Shown piece by piece: positions 44,971 to 56,855 of a DNA stretch of 64,000 nt. This stretch comes from Ascoidea asiatica JCM 7603. Its lineage: Eukaryota > Fungi > Ascomycota. How positions within the stretch are numbered: the stretch's first letter is position 1; the number at the start of each line of letters is the position of its first letter. Below the pieces are notes generated by a model. That model saw nothing but the letters and a program-made list of their open reading frames with translations. It was not told the origin of the DNA and made no database searches. Location: the NCBI GenBank assembly GCA_001600695.1, contig BCKQ01000002.1:240513-304512 (forward strand). The letters are read 5' to 3'. The position numbers were made by a program, and so were the translations under genes.

Positions 44971-47695
44971 TTATCGCTTAATTTCTGTCACTTCTTCTTT
45001 TTCAATTTTTACTACATCTTTTGAACTAGTATCTTTTTCAACCGAAGGGACATCTGTTTTTTGATTAACGTCTTCTTTTTTTTCAATTTCTTTTGAAATT
45101 TTATTATTTTCAACACTTTTATTAACTTTTATGAGATTCTTGTTTGATGTATTATTCCCCGATATATTACTGTTGACATTGATTGCATTAACAGGATTAT
45201 TAACATTTGCACTGAATGGAGGAAACGTTACACCTGAAGAAGCCGCTATTGGAGTTGCTCCAAAACCCCAATTCCAATCACTATAAAAATTACTTGGAGA
45301 TGGAAAAAAATCTCCATCACCTAATAATTTAGAAGGTAATCCACCACTTAAAGGTGTTTGCATCTTTTCAGTATTAAAAAAATTATTTCTAGGTAAAAAA
45401 TGAGATGGTGAAGGTAATGGTAAAAACCCATTAGGAAATGCAGATATTGGAGTTGACCCTTTTCCAGAATCTTTCTCTCTTATTGTTTTTAAAGGATTAA
45501 CTGGATTTGGATTAACTATTGTGTCTTTTGAAATCATATCATTTTTTGAATTGAAATTAGAATCAGTTGCTTCTTCTTTTATATCAATTGCTGATAATTT
45601 AACTACTGTTGATTCAGTAGATTCTTTTGATGATTCACTTCCTCCGATATCAGCTTCCACTTCTCCACTTGGAATTGATTTACTAAGAGTTGAATTTGTA
45701 TTATTTTCTTTTGAAGAATCTTTTTTCTCAACAATTGAATCATTCCCAGAATTATCTATGGGTATTTTTACTCTTAATGTAGGTCTTGTAGATATACTAT
45801 TTGATTTGGATGTACTACTATTAATACTATATGCAGGACTTGCAGCAGAAGCATAAGGTATATTTGAATTTGGAATAGAAGATTTTGATTTATTGAGTAT
45901 TGAATGATTTAATTGAACACTAGGAGTTGAATTTAAATTTTGATTTGTTGTAGTTTCTTCTTCAATTTTAGTTGAAGGTGATGGAGAAGAATTATTTAAT
46001 GTTGTTGTTATATTTAATTTACTATTTGTATTAGTTGTTGAAAGATTATTTGAAGGAATATTTGGAAATGAAGGAGAAGTAAATGGTAATGGATTTTGAA
46101 TTGGAGGTAATTTTTGAAGTGGAAATTGATAATTTGGTAAAGCTAAACCAGGTTGAAAATTATTTGGAAAACCAGATAATAATTGTCTTTGTAACATTTG
46201 ATTTTGATATAATAATTGTTGTTGTTGTTCAAATTTATCACTAGCAATTTTTGTTAAACTTTGATTAGGATTATTTAGAGTGGACAAATTATTATTGAGA
46301 TTATTTATATTATTTATATTATTTATATTATTTAAATTATTCATATTATTTATATTATTTATATTATTTAAATTTGATAAATTACTTAAATTATTTAGAT
46401 TATTATTTAGATTATTATTTAAATTTAAAAATTTATTATTTATACCATTTAAACCAGTTATATTTAAATTATAAGGATTTTGAAGATTATTCAAATTTGA
46501 TAAATTGAAATTATTTAGATTATTAAAATTATTTAAATTATTTAAATTATTTATATTTAAATTATTATTTCTTATTAATTGTTGAATATTTGATGGAGGA
46601 GGTAAAAAAGTATTTAATTGATTATTCAAAAATTGATTATTTTGACTATGAGAAGCTTGATGAAAAGTATATGGAGGTTGTTGAATTTGTGGAGATAAAA
46701 TTGAATTTGCAGAAGAACTTCTAAAATGAGAAATTTTTGAATTTTTTAAATTATTTATAGTATTAAAATTACTATTAAAGTTATTATTAAAATTATTAAA
46801 ATTTGGGTTAGGATTATTTAAATTTTTATTATCAATTGAATTAAAAGTTGAATTAATACTACTACTTGAACTTTTTGATTTTTTATGTCTTTTTGTAGAA
46901 GGTTCTGAATCAGATTCACTATCATTTTCATTATTATGGTTATTATTGTTGTGACGATTAGCCTGATCATGATCATGATCATTTTCGTTTTCATTTTCAT
47001 TTTCATTTTCATTTTCATTTTCATTTTCAATGTCGTTATCATTATCGTTATCGTTATCATCGTCATTATCATTATCATCATCATCATCTAATATTATATC
47101 TTCTTCGATTATACTTTCATGATGATTACTTGAAGGATCACCATTAGTTGAAATTTTAATATTTGAAGTATTTTTAACTCTTGAACATTTTTCATAATCA
47201 CCATAATAAGAAGGATCTTTGGATTCATAAGGTTGTGGATTTTCTAAATATTTTTTAATTAAATCTTTTGTGTCAGTAGAAGAAAATTCATAAAGTTTAT
47301 TATTACTATTTAATATTATTACAGCTAAATCAACTTGACAAAGAATAGATAATTCATGAGCTTTTTTAAACAATCCTTGTTTTCTTTTAACAAAAGTTCT
47401 AAATAAATTATAGAAATGGAAAAATAGAAATCGGAAAATTATATGTTAGTAACCTTGAATAAAAATTGAAAAATGGATCAATAATTTGGCTAAAATAAAA
47501 ATAAAAATGAAAATAAAAATATATTTTGATATTATTATAATAATATACATATGTATTTATATATTTAAATATTTGAATATTTGAATAATTATTATATTAA
47601 TATATTAATATTTTTATTTATATATAAATATTTACATACACAGTTCTATTTCTTTCATCACTAATAGGCTGAATTGCAATTTTTCTTCTACCCAT
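44971..47695 (-). CDS. RLM1: MEF2-type MADS-box transcription factor Rlm1/Smp1 (2 exons: 47695-47640, 47398-44971)
   Basis: Spliced N-terminus [51 protein letters not shown] MAPK-docking segment; LPSPS and FPSPSNFY motifs. Confidence 0.92.
47399..47639 (-). other. Spliceosomal intron of RLM1
   Basis: GTATGT donor at 47639, TACTAAC at 47445-47451, TAG acceptor at 47399-47401; restores the MADS box. Confidence 0.92.
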
Positions 47696-48972
47696 TATGT
47701 TAAAATGGAAAGATATGATCAGTAAAAGGAGGCTATTTTGTTATTTGGATATATAAATATAGTATAATATATAATATGAAAGATAGATATTGATATCGAG
47801 ATTGATATAATAAAATTAGATTGAATAAAATTAGATTGAATTAAATTAAAATGAATTATAAATGGAATTGAAGTCAATATATTGTATCAGAATTTTCTCT
47901 TGATTACTGAGCCCAGTTGGAATAAAGTGATATGAATTGAGGATGGTGCAAAAAGTGTTTTAATTAAACCAGAAATAGAATGGGATATGACTTTATGAAA
48001 ATTAGATGAATAGGATATTGTGTTATATAATTTTTAAAAACATCAATAATATATTAATAATATATCAACAATTATAAATTATCAATTGTCAATTATCAGG
48101 AATCACAGTTATTACTGCAATGAAGATGAAGATGTTGAGGATATATTAAGAATGCAACGTTGGAAGCTATTTTTATCCCACTATTGTGCACTGGAAGCTC
48201 TGCACGCACCACCCACACTGCCCCAAAAGCAACCCTGTATAACAAATACATATTTAGCCTAAAAACGTGATTTTACAAATGCTTGATGTTTTGACAAACG
48301 CAGCTGACTTCCCTAATATTACTGGAACAAGTTTTTATTCTCGGAGGCCACTTCAAATTCAGAACAGTTGTTGACGCCGTATAACGCTTTAAAAATCACG
48401 CACATTTAGACATTTATAAACTTATTCATACATTTAGTTTCATACTTGTACTGGATTACACATATTTGCACAGAAATACCCGGAAGGTGTTTTCGGCAAG
48501 CATCCGACTGCTTCCGGGGCTTTTTTTTATTACTAAATAAATGCGGATATTTTGCCCGTGGTGCGGATATCACGTGTGATTATAGTGACGACAGTGCGTA
48601 AACGACAGAAATCAAAAAAGAAAAACACAAAAACATTCTTTGCTTTCATAAATTTATTTGATTTTCCATGTTTTTTCCAATGATTTTTCTTGAGCACGCC
48701 CACAGTTCTGGTCACACTCAACCAAAAACCTTGTACAGTTAGGGTTTGTAGGGGTGCACCGCAATGCATCAACCACTGTTCTAAAAATAACTCAGAGTTT
48801 TTCTATATTCTTTTTCTCTCGTATTCTGAAAAATTTTACGAAATTCATTTCTTAAGGTTACATTTATGGAAAATAAATGAATTTAATGGATTGGTTTTGA
48901 ATTATTTGAATTGCTTGAATTATAATTCAAAAATAGTCTAATTTTATATACCGTAATATTATATTATTATAT

Positions 48973-51900
48973 TCATAAGGCAAATTTTTTGAAAAGATCA
49001 TTTACTTCTTCAATTGCAGAATCTATACCTTCAGATTTATCTCCCATTCCCTGAGAAACATTTCCTTTACCACCAGCTCTACCTCCAAGATATTTAGAAC
49101 CTAAATCTGTGACTGCTTTAGATTCTAATCCTTGTTTTAATATTTCATCAGAAAGATAACAACCATGAGCAATTTTACTATCATTTTTAGTTCCTGTAAT
49201 TAAATAAACTGTTTTATTCTTTGCTGATTTTTTTAAATAATTAATGACTTCAGTAATTGCTTTAGCATTTGACGTTATATCAACATGAGCAGAAAAAAAT
49301 TTAGCTTCTGGATTTTCATTAAAATAATTCTTAACACTATCTAATAATTTTTTATTATCTAATTTTTGTTTTTTCTTTAAAGTATCTTTAAATTCTTTAT
49401 CAATTTTACTAAATTTATTTCTTAAATTATTTTTAGAAATTAATGAAATTGATGATTTATTTAATAAAACTCCAAATTCTTTTAAAGATTTTTCTTTTTC
49501 TTCACCAAATGGTAATATTGAAATTGAATCAAGATCATTACTCATACTTGATGCAAGTTCTTGTAATTTAAATGCTGAAATTCCAGAATATGCAACAATT
49601 CTTCTAATTCCTTTTGCAATACCATTTTCTTCTCCAATAATAATTTCTTTAATTTCATTAGTTTTTGGTACATGAGTACCACCACAAAATTCAATTGAAT
49701 AATTATTCCATTCTTCATTTTCTGGTGTTGAAGTTAATTTTTCAACTGGTACACCAATTGAAACAACTCTAACAGGATCTGGATAAACTTCACCAAAAAC
49801 TGCTCTTAATCCACATATTTTTTTAGCATTATCTAATGAAACTTCTTTTGAATAAACAATTAGATTATCTTTAATTTGTTCATTACAAATATCTTCAACT
49901 TTTTTAACTTCTTCAATTGATAATGGTTTTTTATATGAAAAATCAAATCTTAATTTTTCTGGTGCAACTAATGAACCTTTTTGATCAATTGAATCTCCAA
50001 GAGTTTTACGTAATGCAAAATTAAGTATATGAGTTCCTGTATGATTATTTTTTATAGGTAATCTACGATCAATATTAAATGATGCAATAACTAAATCTGA
50101 AACTGATATTGAACCTTCAACTAAATAACCTGTATGAAGAACATAACCTCCATATAACTGAACATCATTAATTATAAATTCTAATTTTCCATCAATAACT
50201 AATCTACCTGTATCATATTCTTGACCACCTTGTTCTGCATAAAATGGAGTTTTATCTAATAAAATACCAAATTCTTTTCCAATAATTGGAGATGGAATTG
50301 ATTCAATAAAATCTTTTCCATCATAAATTGCTAAAATTTTTGATTCTATATCATTTGTAGAATATTTTGAATTATCATCAGTTGTGATTATTGATTTTTC
50401 TTCTAATTTTTTTAATGAAAATACATCAAGAATAATTTTATTTTTTTTTAAAGTGGAAGAACCTTTTTTTGAAGCTTCATAACTTTCTTTTTTAGCTTTT
50501 TCAAAACCTTCTTGATCAATTTTTAAATTTGCTTCTTCAGCCATAATTTGTGTTAAATCAATTGGAAAACCATAAGTATCATATAATCTCCAAACTTCAA
50601 GTCCATTAAGAATTTTATTACCTTTTAAGGCTTTTTCAGCATATTCTGTAAATAATTTTTCACCCCGATCTAAAGTTTTTGAAAAAGATTTTTCTTCATC
50701 ATCTAAAACTTCAAATAAATTTTCAGTATTTTTTTTTAAAGCAATTTCTGGAAAAATATTTTTAACTTGATCAATTAAAGTTGGAACAAGTTGAGAAAAA
50801 AAAGGTTCTTTACCAATTGGAAAATTCATATATTTTCTTGCAAATCTACAACCTCTTCTTAAAACTCTTCTTAATACATAACCTCTACCTTCATTATTTG
50901 GAATACCACCATCAACAATTGCAAAAGTTAAAGTTCTTACATGATCAGCAAGAACTCTATAAGCAGTATCAATACCATCAATATCATCATTACCAAAATG
51001 ACCAGTATAATCTCTAACATTAGTAATTTTTTGAATTGATTTGAATAAAGGTTGAAATACATCAGTATCATAATTTGATTTAACATCTTGTAAAAGAGAA
51101 ACTAATCTTTCAAACCCCATACCAGTATCAATATGTTTTGCAGGTAAAGATCTTAAAGTACCATTTGATTCACGATTAAATTGCATAAAAACATTATTCC
51201 AAATTTCAATTACATTTGGATCATCTTTATTAACTAAATTTGAAGCATTTCTTGAACCAATTCTATCATAATGAATTTCAGAACATGGGCCACATGGACC
51301 TTGATCACCCATTTCCCAAAAATTATCATGAACATCACCAGGTAAAATATGAGATGGATCAATACCAGTATTTTCCCATAAATTTTTAGCTTCTAAATCA
51401 GGTTCAAGACCTTGTTTTGAATCACCTTCAAAATAAGTTACATATAAACGATCTTTTGGTATTCCATAAACATTTGTTAATAAATCCCAAGACCAATTAA
51501 TTGCTTCTTTTTTAAAATAATCACCAAAAGACCAATTACCTAACATTTCAAAAAAAGTATGATGATAAGAATCTTTGCCAACATCATCTAAATCATTATG
51601 TTTACCACCAGCTCTAATACATTTTTGAGAATTTACAGCTCTTTTTAAATTATATAAATTTGAATTTGGATCTACAGTACCTAAGAAAATTGGTTTATAT
51701 TGATTCATACCAGCATTCGCAAATAATAAAGTTGGATCATCAAATGGAACAACAGAAGATGATGGAATAAAAGTATGATTTTTAGTTTTTATAAAATAAT
51801 CTAAAAATGTATTTCTAACATTTTCAGCAGTCCATTTTTCAGGATCAGGAAACTTTTGTTTAATTGATTGATTTGAAATTGAATTGGATTCAGACATTAT

Positions 51901-52008
51901 TGAAATTTTTGAAAATGTTGAAAATTTATTAAATTTATAATAATTGCAAATATTAATATTACGATATGCGATTTTATTAATTGATTTTGAAATTGGAAAC
52001 CGTAACAT
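48973..52008 (-). CDS. ALA1: Alanyl-tRNA synthetase, dual mitochondrial/cytosolic
   Basis: DPTLLFANAGMNQYK, SQKCIRAGGKHNDL, HHTFFEMLGNWSFGDYFK, NHTGTH, IEFCGGTH; in-frame ATGs at 52008 and 51897. Confidence 0.97.
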   Translation of the reverse strand: MLRFPISKSINKIAYRNINICNYYKFNKFSTFSKISIMSESNSISNQSIKQKFPDPEKWTAENVRNTFLDYFIKTKNHTFIPSSSVVPFDDPTLLFANAGMNQYKPIFLGTVDPNSNLYNLKRAVNSQKCIRAGGKHNDLDDVGKDSYHHTFFEMLGNWSFGDYFKKEAINWSWDLLTNVYGIPKDRLYVTYFEGDSKQGLEPDLEAKNLWENTGIDPSHILPGDVHDNFWEMGDQGPCGPCSEIHYDRIGSRNASNLVNKDDPNVIEIWNNVFMQFNRESNGTLRSLPAKHIDTGMGFERLVSLLQDVKSNYDTDVFQPLFKSIQKITNVRDYTGHFGNDDIDGIDTAYRVLADHVRTLTFAIVDGGIPNNEGRGYVLRRVLRRGCRFARKYMNFPIGKEPFFSQLVPTLIDQVKNIFPEIALKKNTENLFEVLDDEEKSFSKTLDRGEKLFTEYAEKALKGNKILNGLEVWRLYDTYGFPIDLTQIMAEEANLKIDQEGFEKAKKESYEASKKGSSTLKKNKIILDVFSLKKLEEKSIITTDDNSKYSTNDIESKILAIYDGKDFIESIPSPIIGKEFGILLDKTPFYAEQGGQEYDTGRLVIDGKLEFIINDVQLYGGYVLHTGYLVEGSISVSDLVIASFNIDRRLPIKNNHTGTHILNFALRKTLGDSIDQKGSLVAPEKLRFDFSYKKPLSIEEVKKVEDICNEQIKDNLIVYSKEVSLDNAKKICGLRAVFGEVYPDPVRVVSIGVPVEKLTSTPENEEWNNYSIEFCGGTHVPKTNEIKEIIIGEENGIAKGIRRIVAYSGISAFKLQELASSMSNDLDSISILPFGEEKEKSLKEFGVLLNKSSISLISKNNLRNKFSKIDKEFKDTLKKKQKLDNKKLLDSVKNYFNENPEAKFFSAHVDITSNAKAITEVINYLKKSAKNKTVYLITGTKNDSKIAHGCYLSDEILKQGLESKAVTDLGSKYLGGRAGGKGNVSQGMGDKSEGIDSAIEEVNDLFKKFAL

Positions 52009-52285
52009 AAAAAACAAATCTACAACTTGCAAATTATTCTATAATATAAGTCTTTTCCTTGGGATTGAATAAAAAATTGAATATAAAAAGTAATTAACTT
52101 TATATAAATGTATATAAAACTAAGATAAAGTAGAATAAATACAATTAAAAGAAGAGTAAACAAAGATAAGAAATGGCAAAAGCAGTGGTTGAAAATAAAA
52201 ATTTCAATTCTGCACCCGCCACCGCCGCCTCCACCGCCACGGCGCAAAACACTTGTCCAGTTTTTTTTGCGGTTCTTCTGCGCAA

Positions 52286-52292
52286 TGACTCA
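52286..52292. promoter_or_regulatory. Gcn4 site TGACTCA upstream of ALA1
   Basis: ATGACTCAC about 280 bp upstream of an aminoacyl-tRNA synthetase gene. Confidence 0.5.
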
Positions 52293-52383
52293 CTTTTGAT
52301 ATCTCCACTGGCATTTTTTGTGTTCTTTCTCGACTACAGAAATGTTTTTTTTATTGAAATACTGTATATTACTGGGAAGTAAT

Positions 52384-53934
52384 CTAAGAACTAATCCAAA
52401 CTAGTTCTTCATCTTCATCATTGTCTTCATCATTGTCGTCTTGAGGTTTTAGATTCTCTAAGATGTAATCAAATTTACCATTGGTAATAGCATTTGCTCT
52501 TTTTAGTCTTTTTTCTGCTTTTGAATACCATTCTTCTTGTTCTGGACTTTCAATATCATATAAATTTCCAATTGAAATTTCTGCTTCTGCAATATCTACC
52601 CAAGTTTGAGGTTCATCTTCATCTTCTGCTTTGATTAAATAATCAATTGCTCTTGAATATAAATCTATTGCTTTTTCTCTTAATTCTTTTATTTTTTTTT
52701 CGCTTTCCTTATTCTCTTTATTATTATCATCATTTTCTTTGTCTTCGTCTTCGTTTTCATCTCCAAATGCATATTCTACATATTCAGCTGCTGGAGATTC
52801 TGCTTCTTGTAATAATCTATCTCCAAGTTTATGATTCACATTTTTATATAAATTAAATAAATCTTTTTCCTCTTTTGTCTCTTCTTTTTGTTTTGAATTT
52901 TTTTTTGAATTTGAAATTTCAAGATTATAACCTAAATTTTTACTTTTTAATATTAAAAATTTTAAAAATAAAATTAAATTTTCAAATAACCAATTTTCAT
53001 AAAATTTTAAATTTTCTTTAATTTCAAATAATGGATGATTTTTACTTAAATTAATAACTTCTTCATCATTTTCATCTTCACTATCTAAACCTTCAGTTAA
53101 ATGATCTAAACCAAAATTTTTAATAATATCAATTAAATCATCAAAAGATTCTAAAATTTCAAATTGATCTTTATTAAAATATTTATTTATTAATGATGAA
53201 GTCTTATTTTTATTTTCATTTTCATTTTCATTTTCAATTGTAATTTGAAAATTATTTTTAATAATTAATGTATAATCATTAATTAAATTATCAATTAATT
53301 TTTTTATATTTGGAAAATTTTTTTTATTTGAATTTAAATTCATTTTTGAAATATATTGTAATGGAATTCTATTTATTAAAATTTGAAATTTTGTTAAATT
53401 TAAATTAATTGAATTTGGAAAATCTTTAAAACCAAAATTAATTCTTTCTAAACTTTCTTCAAAATATTTATTAATATCATTATTAATATTATCATTAATA
53501 TTATATTTACTTAATTCAGATAAACTTAAAGCATATATACAATGAAATTTAGAATTTAAATTTATTTTAATTGAATTATTATTTGAATCATTAGATGAAT
53601 TAAATCTTAAAATTCTATCACATTCATTAATAATACCATTTAAAATTAATTGATTATTATCAATATTATTATTTAATTTATAAGTATTCCATAAAGCAAT
53701 TAATTGACCAATTTCATCTTCTGGATTAACAAATTCAGATAATTCAATTGTTAAATTTTTATTTTCATAATTATTGGAATTATTATTTAAATCTTTATTA
53801 TCATTTTCATTTTTTTCATTATTTTCATTATTTTCATTATTTTCATTATTTTCATCAATTGATAATGAATTTGATTTTTGTTTCTTTCTTTTTGAAGCTT
53901 TACCTAAACCAATTGGACGTTTACTTTTCAGCAT
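52384..53934 (-). CDS. ETT1: Enhancer of translation termination Ett1 (Nro1 family)
   Basis: KRPIGLGK N-terminus, LNGIINECDRILR, EGLDSE, DEPQTWVDIAEA.I..GNLY...ANAITNGKF. Confidence 0.88.
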   Translation of the reverse strand: MLKSKRPIGLGKASKRKKQKSNSLSIDENNENNENNENNEKNENDNKDLNNNSNNYENKNLTIELSEFVNPEDEIGQLIALWNTYKLNNNIDNNQLILNGIINECDRILRFNSSNDSNNNSIKINLNSKFHCIYALSLSELSKYNINDNINNDINKYFEESLERINFGFKDFPNSINLNLTKFQILINRIPLQYISKMNLNSNKKNFPNIKKLIDNLINDYTLIIKNNFQITIENENENENKNKTSSLINKYFNKDQFEILESFDDLIDIIKNFGLDHLTEGLDSEDENDEEVINLSKNHPLFEIKENLKFYENWLFENLILFLKFLILKSKNLGYNLEISNSKKNSKQKEETKEEKDLFNLYKNVNHKLGDRLLQEAESPAAEYVEYAFGDENEDEDKENDDNNKENKESEKKIKELREKAIDLYSRAIDYLIKAEDEDEPQTWVDIAEAEISIGNLYDIESPEQEEWYSKAEKRLKRANAITNGKFDYILENLKPQDDNDEDNDEDEELVWISS

Positions 53935-54256
53935 TTTAAATAATAAATATTATAAAGAATATATTTATATTTGTTTATATATGTTTATAAATATATTGAT
54001 ACTAATATAAAGAATAATTTACATTAATAGATCTTGATAAAATTGAATTATTTTGAAATATTGTTGATAATTTTTAATATATTTACTATTTAATATATTT
54101 TTTTTTTATAATTGAATATGATGGTGTGATGAAATATTCTTTAAAAGAGAAGATCCGTGAAATTGGATTTATTTTTATAATTAAGTATTAATGCGCAATA
54201 TATTACATAAATGTAACATTACCGTACATTTTACTGTAAGTTAAAGATTTAGTTGG

Positions 54257-54279
54257 TTAGATAGATAGATAGATAGATA
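54257..54279. repeat. (TAGA)n microsatellite
   Basis: About five TAGA units read directly. Confidence 0.8.
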
Positions 54280-54566
54280 TTTAAAGATTGTGTATTTAAA
54301 ATATAGAGGAAATATAGGAATAAAATAGAAAATTAATAAAAAGGATGAAAGTATAGTTTAGATTTGATAAAATAACAAAAAAGAAGAAGAATTATATAAC
54401 AAAAAAAAACCAAGAAAAGTTTGAAAAAAGTTTAAGGAAAGTTTAAGGAAAGAATCTTTCAGGTAGAAATAAAGGATATAAAATGACGATAAGGGTAAAA
54501 ATTATATAAATAAAGAAAAGAAAATGTACAAAGGAATTAATAATTAGAAATTAATATATTAAAAGA

Positions 54567-55088
54567 TTAAAAGGAATAAGATTCTATAGTTGTAGTTTGT
54601 TCTGAATTTAATTTTACAGCATTTTTTTGATGTAATTGATCTTTACAAGATTGTAAACCAGAACATGAATGATTTTCTAATAAACGATGTTTTGAACAAA
54701 AATGACCAAGACAATAAGAACAATCACCAACCATTCTTAATGGAGTTGAAGTACAACGATTAAAAGAACATTTTTTATTTTTAGATTTCTTTTTTGGAGA
54801 TTTTGAAGATTTTGAAGATTTTGATAAATTTGATAAATTTGATAAATTTATTGAATTATTTTTTGATAAAATTAAAGAAGAATTTTCAGATATATTATAA
54901 AAAGAAATTAATTTTGATAAATCTAAATTAATACCAGAACAATATAAAGTTGTTGAAATTAAAGATAAATTTAAATTTGGTGGAGAAGCAGCAATAATTG
55001 CAATCTTTAAATCTTCAACAGTTGAATCATTAGTAATTGAAATTAAAATTGGAGTTGTAGAATTTGGTAATGTAACTGATACTTTCAT
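54567..55088 (-). CDS. TMC1: Ubiquitin-like plus AN1-type zinc finger protein (Tmc1-like)
   Basis: N-terminal UBL-like fold (STVEDLK...LISFYNI); C-terminal C..C...GDCSYCLGHFCSKHRLLENHSC; lies next to ETT1 as in S. cerevisiae. Confidence 0.7.
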   Translation of the reverse strand: MKVSVTLPNSTTPILISITNDSTVEDLKIAIIAASPPNLNLSLISTTLYCSGINLDLSKLISFYNISENSSLILSKNNSINLSNLSNLSKSSKSSKSPKKKSKNKKCSFNRCTSTPLRMVGDCSYCLGHFCSKHRLLENHSCSGLQSCKDQLHQKNAVKLNSEQTTTIESYSF

Positions 55089-55499
55089 TTTGAATTAATA
55101 TATTTGATTTTTTTGTTTTTTAAAAGATTAGTATTATTAATGGAAGATAAATAATGATGATAATTATTAATAAATAAAAGGATATTAATATACAAATATA
55201 CAAAGATACAAATATAAAAAAAGTATTATGAAGAAAGAAGAAGAATGATGATAATAAGAAGAAAACAAATTAGTTGTTGATTAAAAAAGAAGATATAAAA
55301 TAGTGAAATTAGATTAAGATGAAATAACTTCTTTTATTAAAGTAATAAATAGACTAGTAGAATTCAGAGGAAGAAGTGATACAGAGCAGTGATGATAAAG
55401 CAAAAAGAAAGAAAGCCGGTAACATTACCAGTAGAAATACAGTACACTGGATCAATACTGGCTGAGTGATAAGAAAGAAGCAAAGAAGCAAAGAACCGA

Positions 55500-55508
55500 A
55501 GTGGCAAA
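55500..55508. promoter_or_regulatory. Rpn4/PACE-like element AGTGGCAAA upstream of TMC1
   Basis: Matches RGTGGCAAA about 410 bp upstream of a proteostasis gene. Confidence 0.5.
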
Positions 55509-56373
55509 TTCGTGCTGTGATCAAGAACAGAGCCAGAGCCAGAGCTAGAGCCAGAGCCACGACAAGAGCAAGAGTAGGAACAGGAACAGGAACAGGAGCT
55601 TCACTGTGAGCATCAGCCAGCAACGTCGTGGATGACCACAGCCGGGCCGGCTATCGCTTCAGCCTGGCACGTGAGCAGGCATGACCTCTGGAGTTCGGCA
55701 CGTGAAAGTGGTGTTTTGTTGGTGTCCGGAGAGAGCAGTATCTTCTGTCCTGGATATGCTGCTGTGCTGCCCCATTCCATGTCAGTGGCCCAGCAGGGTC
55801 GAGGTCAGCGCTTGCGGGCTGCGTGTTGGCTGAGTGCGTGCTCAACAAACCGCGTACCGTCGCAATGGGCGCCACAACAGCAGCACCAGCGACTGCCGCG
55901 CCAAACCGGTGCACTTCTGTCCCATTTCCGCGCTTCTCCAACACTTTCCAGCGCAGTTTCCTTTCCAACACTGACCCATCGAGAATATTTTTGGGTTCAC
56001 AGTAGCACTAAATTAATATTAGCTACCCGTAGTACTTACTATTAAGTGCAATACTAAGTACAATACTAAATGCAATACTAAATATAATACTAAATAAAAT
56101 AGTACAGTTACCTGTATTAAATATTGAATTGAATATCAAATACTAAATACTAGATACTAAATACAAGTATCAATAAAAAATAAAAAGTAATAAATATCAA
56201 ATAAATGGATAAATAAATATCAATGATAATCCTCTAGTTCATTTTCATTCATATTCTTTTTTATTCATATTCAAATTGGTAAAGTTACTTAAATTCATTT
56301 CTCATTCATTATATTATTACTATTAATATCAACTACTATCCATTTTGATTAACTTGCATTATCTTAATATATT

Positions 56374-56410
<37 letters not shown>

Positions 56411-56855
56411 TATTCAATATTGTTCAATTGTCTTTTTTTCTTTTTATTAACTTCATTAAATCCATCCAGAATCACTTTATTATTCATTATTCATTATTTA
56501 TAATCCATTATCTAATATTTTTGGTTTTCAAGAAAAAAGTACTCAATTACACTTAATTCAAAAATATTTATATTCAAAATTTTATAATTTTTACTTCTTT
56601 CATTCTTATTTCAATTTATTTAACTTATCTCACTTATCTAACTTATCTAACCTATCAAATTTACCAACTTATTTATTAACTTGTTTATATAATAAAACTT
56701 ACGAAAATACTCAATTTAAAATATTACTTATAAATTATAAGCTATAAATTATTATTATTAAATTCATTTAATACCTAAATTTCCTGTCAATTTTTATTTT
56801 ATTTTTTATCTACTACTAATTATTTATTATTTATTATATATATATAAATCCACAT

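Noticed and set aside
48781-48790. CTAAAAATAA as an Rlm1 autoregulatory site
   Set aside because: Matches only the loose MEF2 consensus, is 1.1 kb from the ATG, and is expected by chance in AT-rich DNA.
55632-56045. Overlapping 137/106/60-aa ORFs in the GC island
   Set aside because: GC-rich codon usage unlike every real gene here; stop-poor because of composition; no domain recognised.
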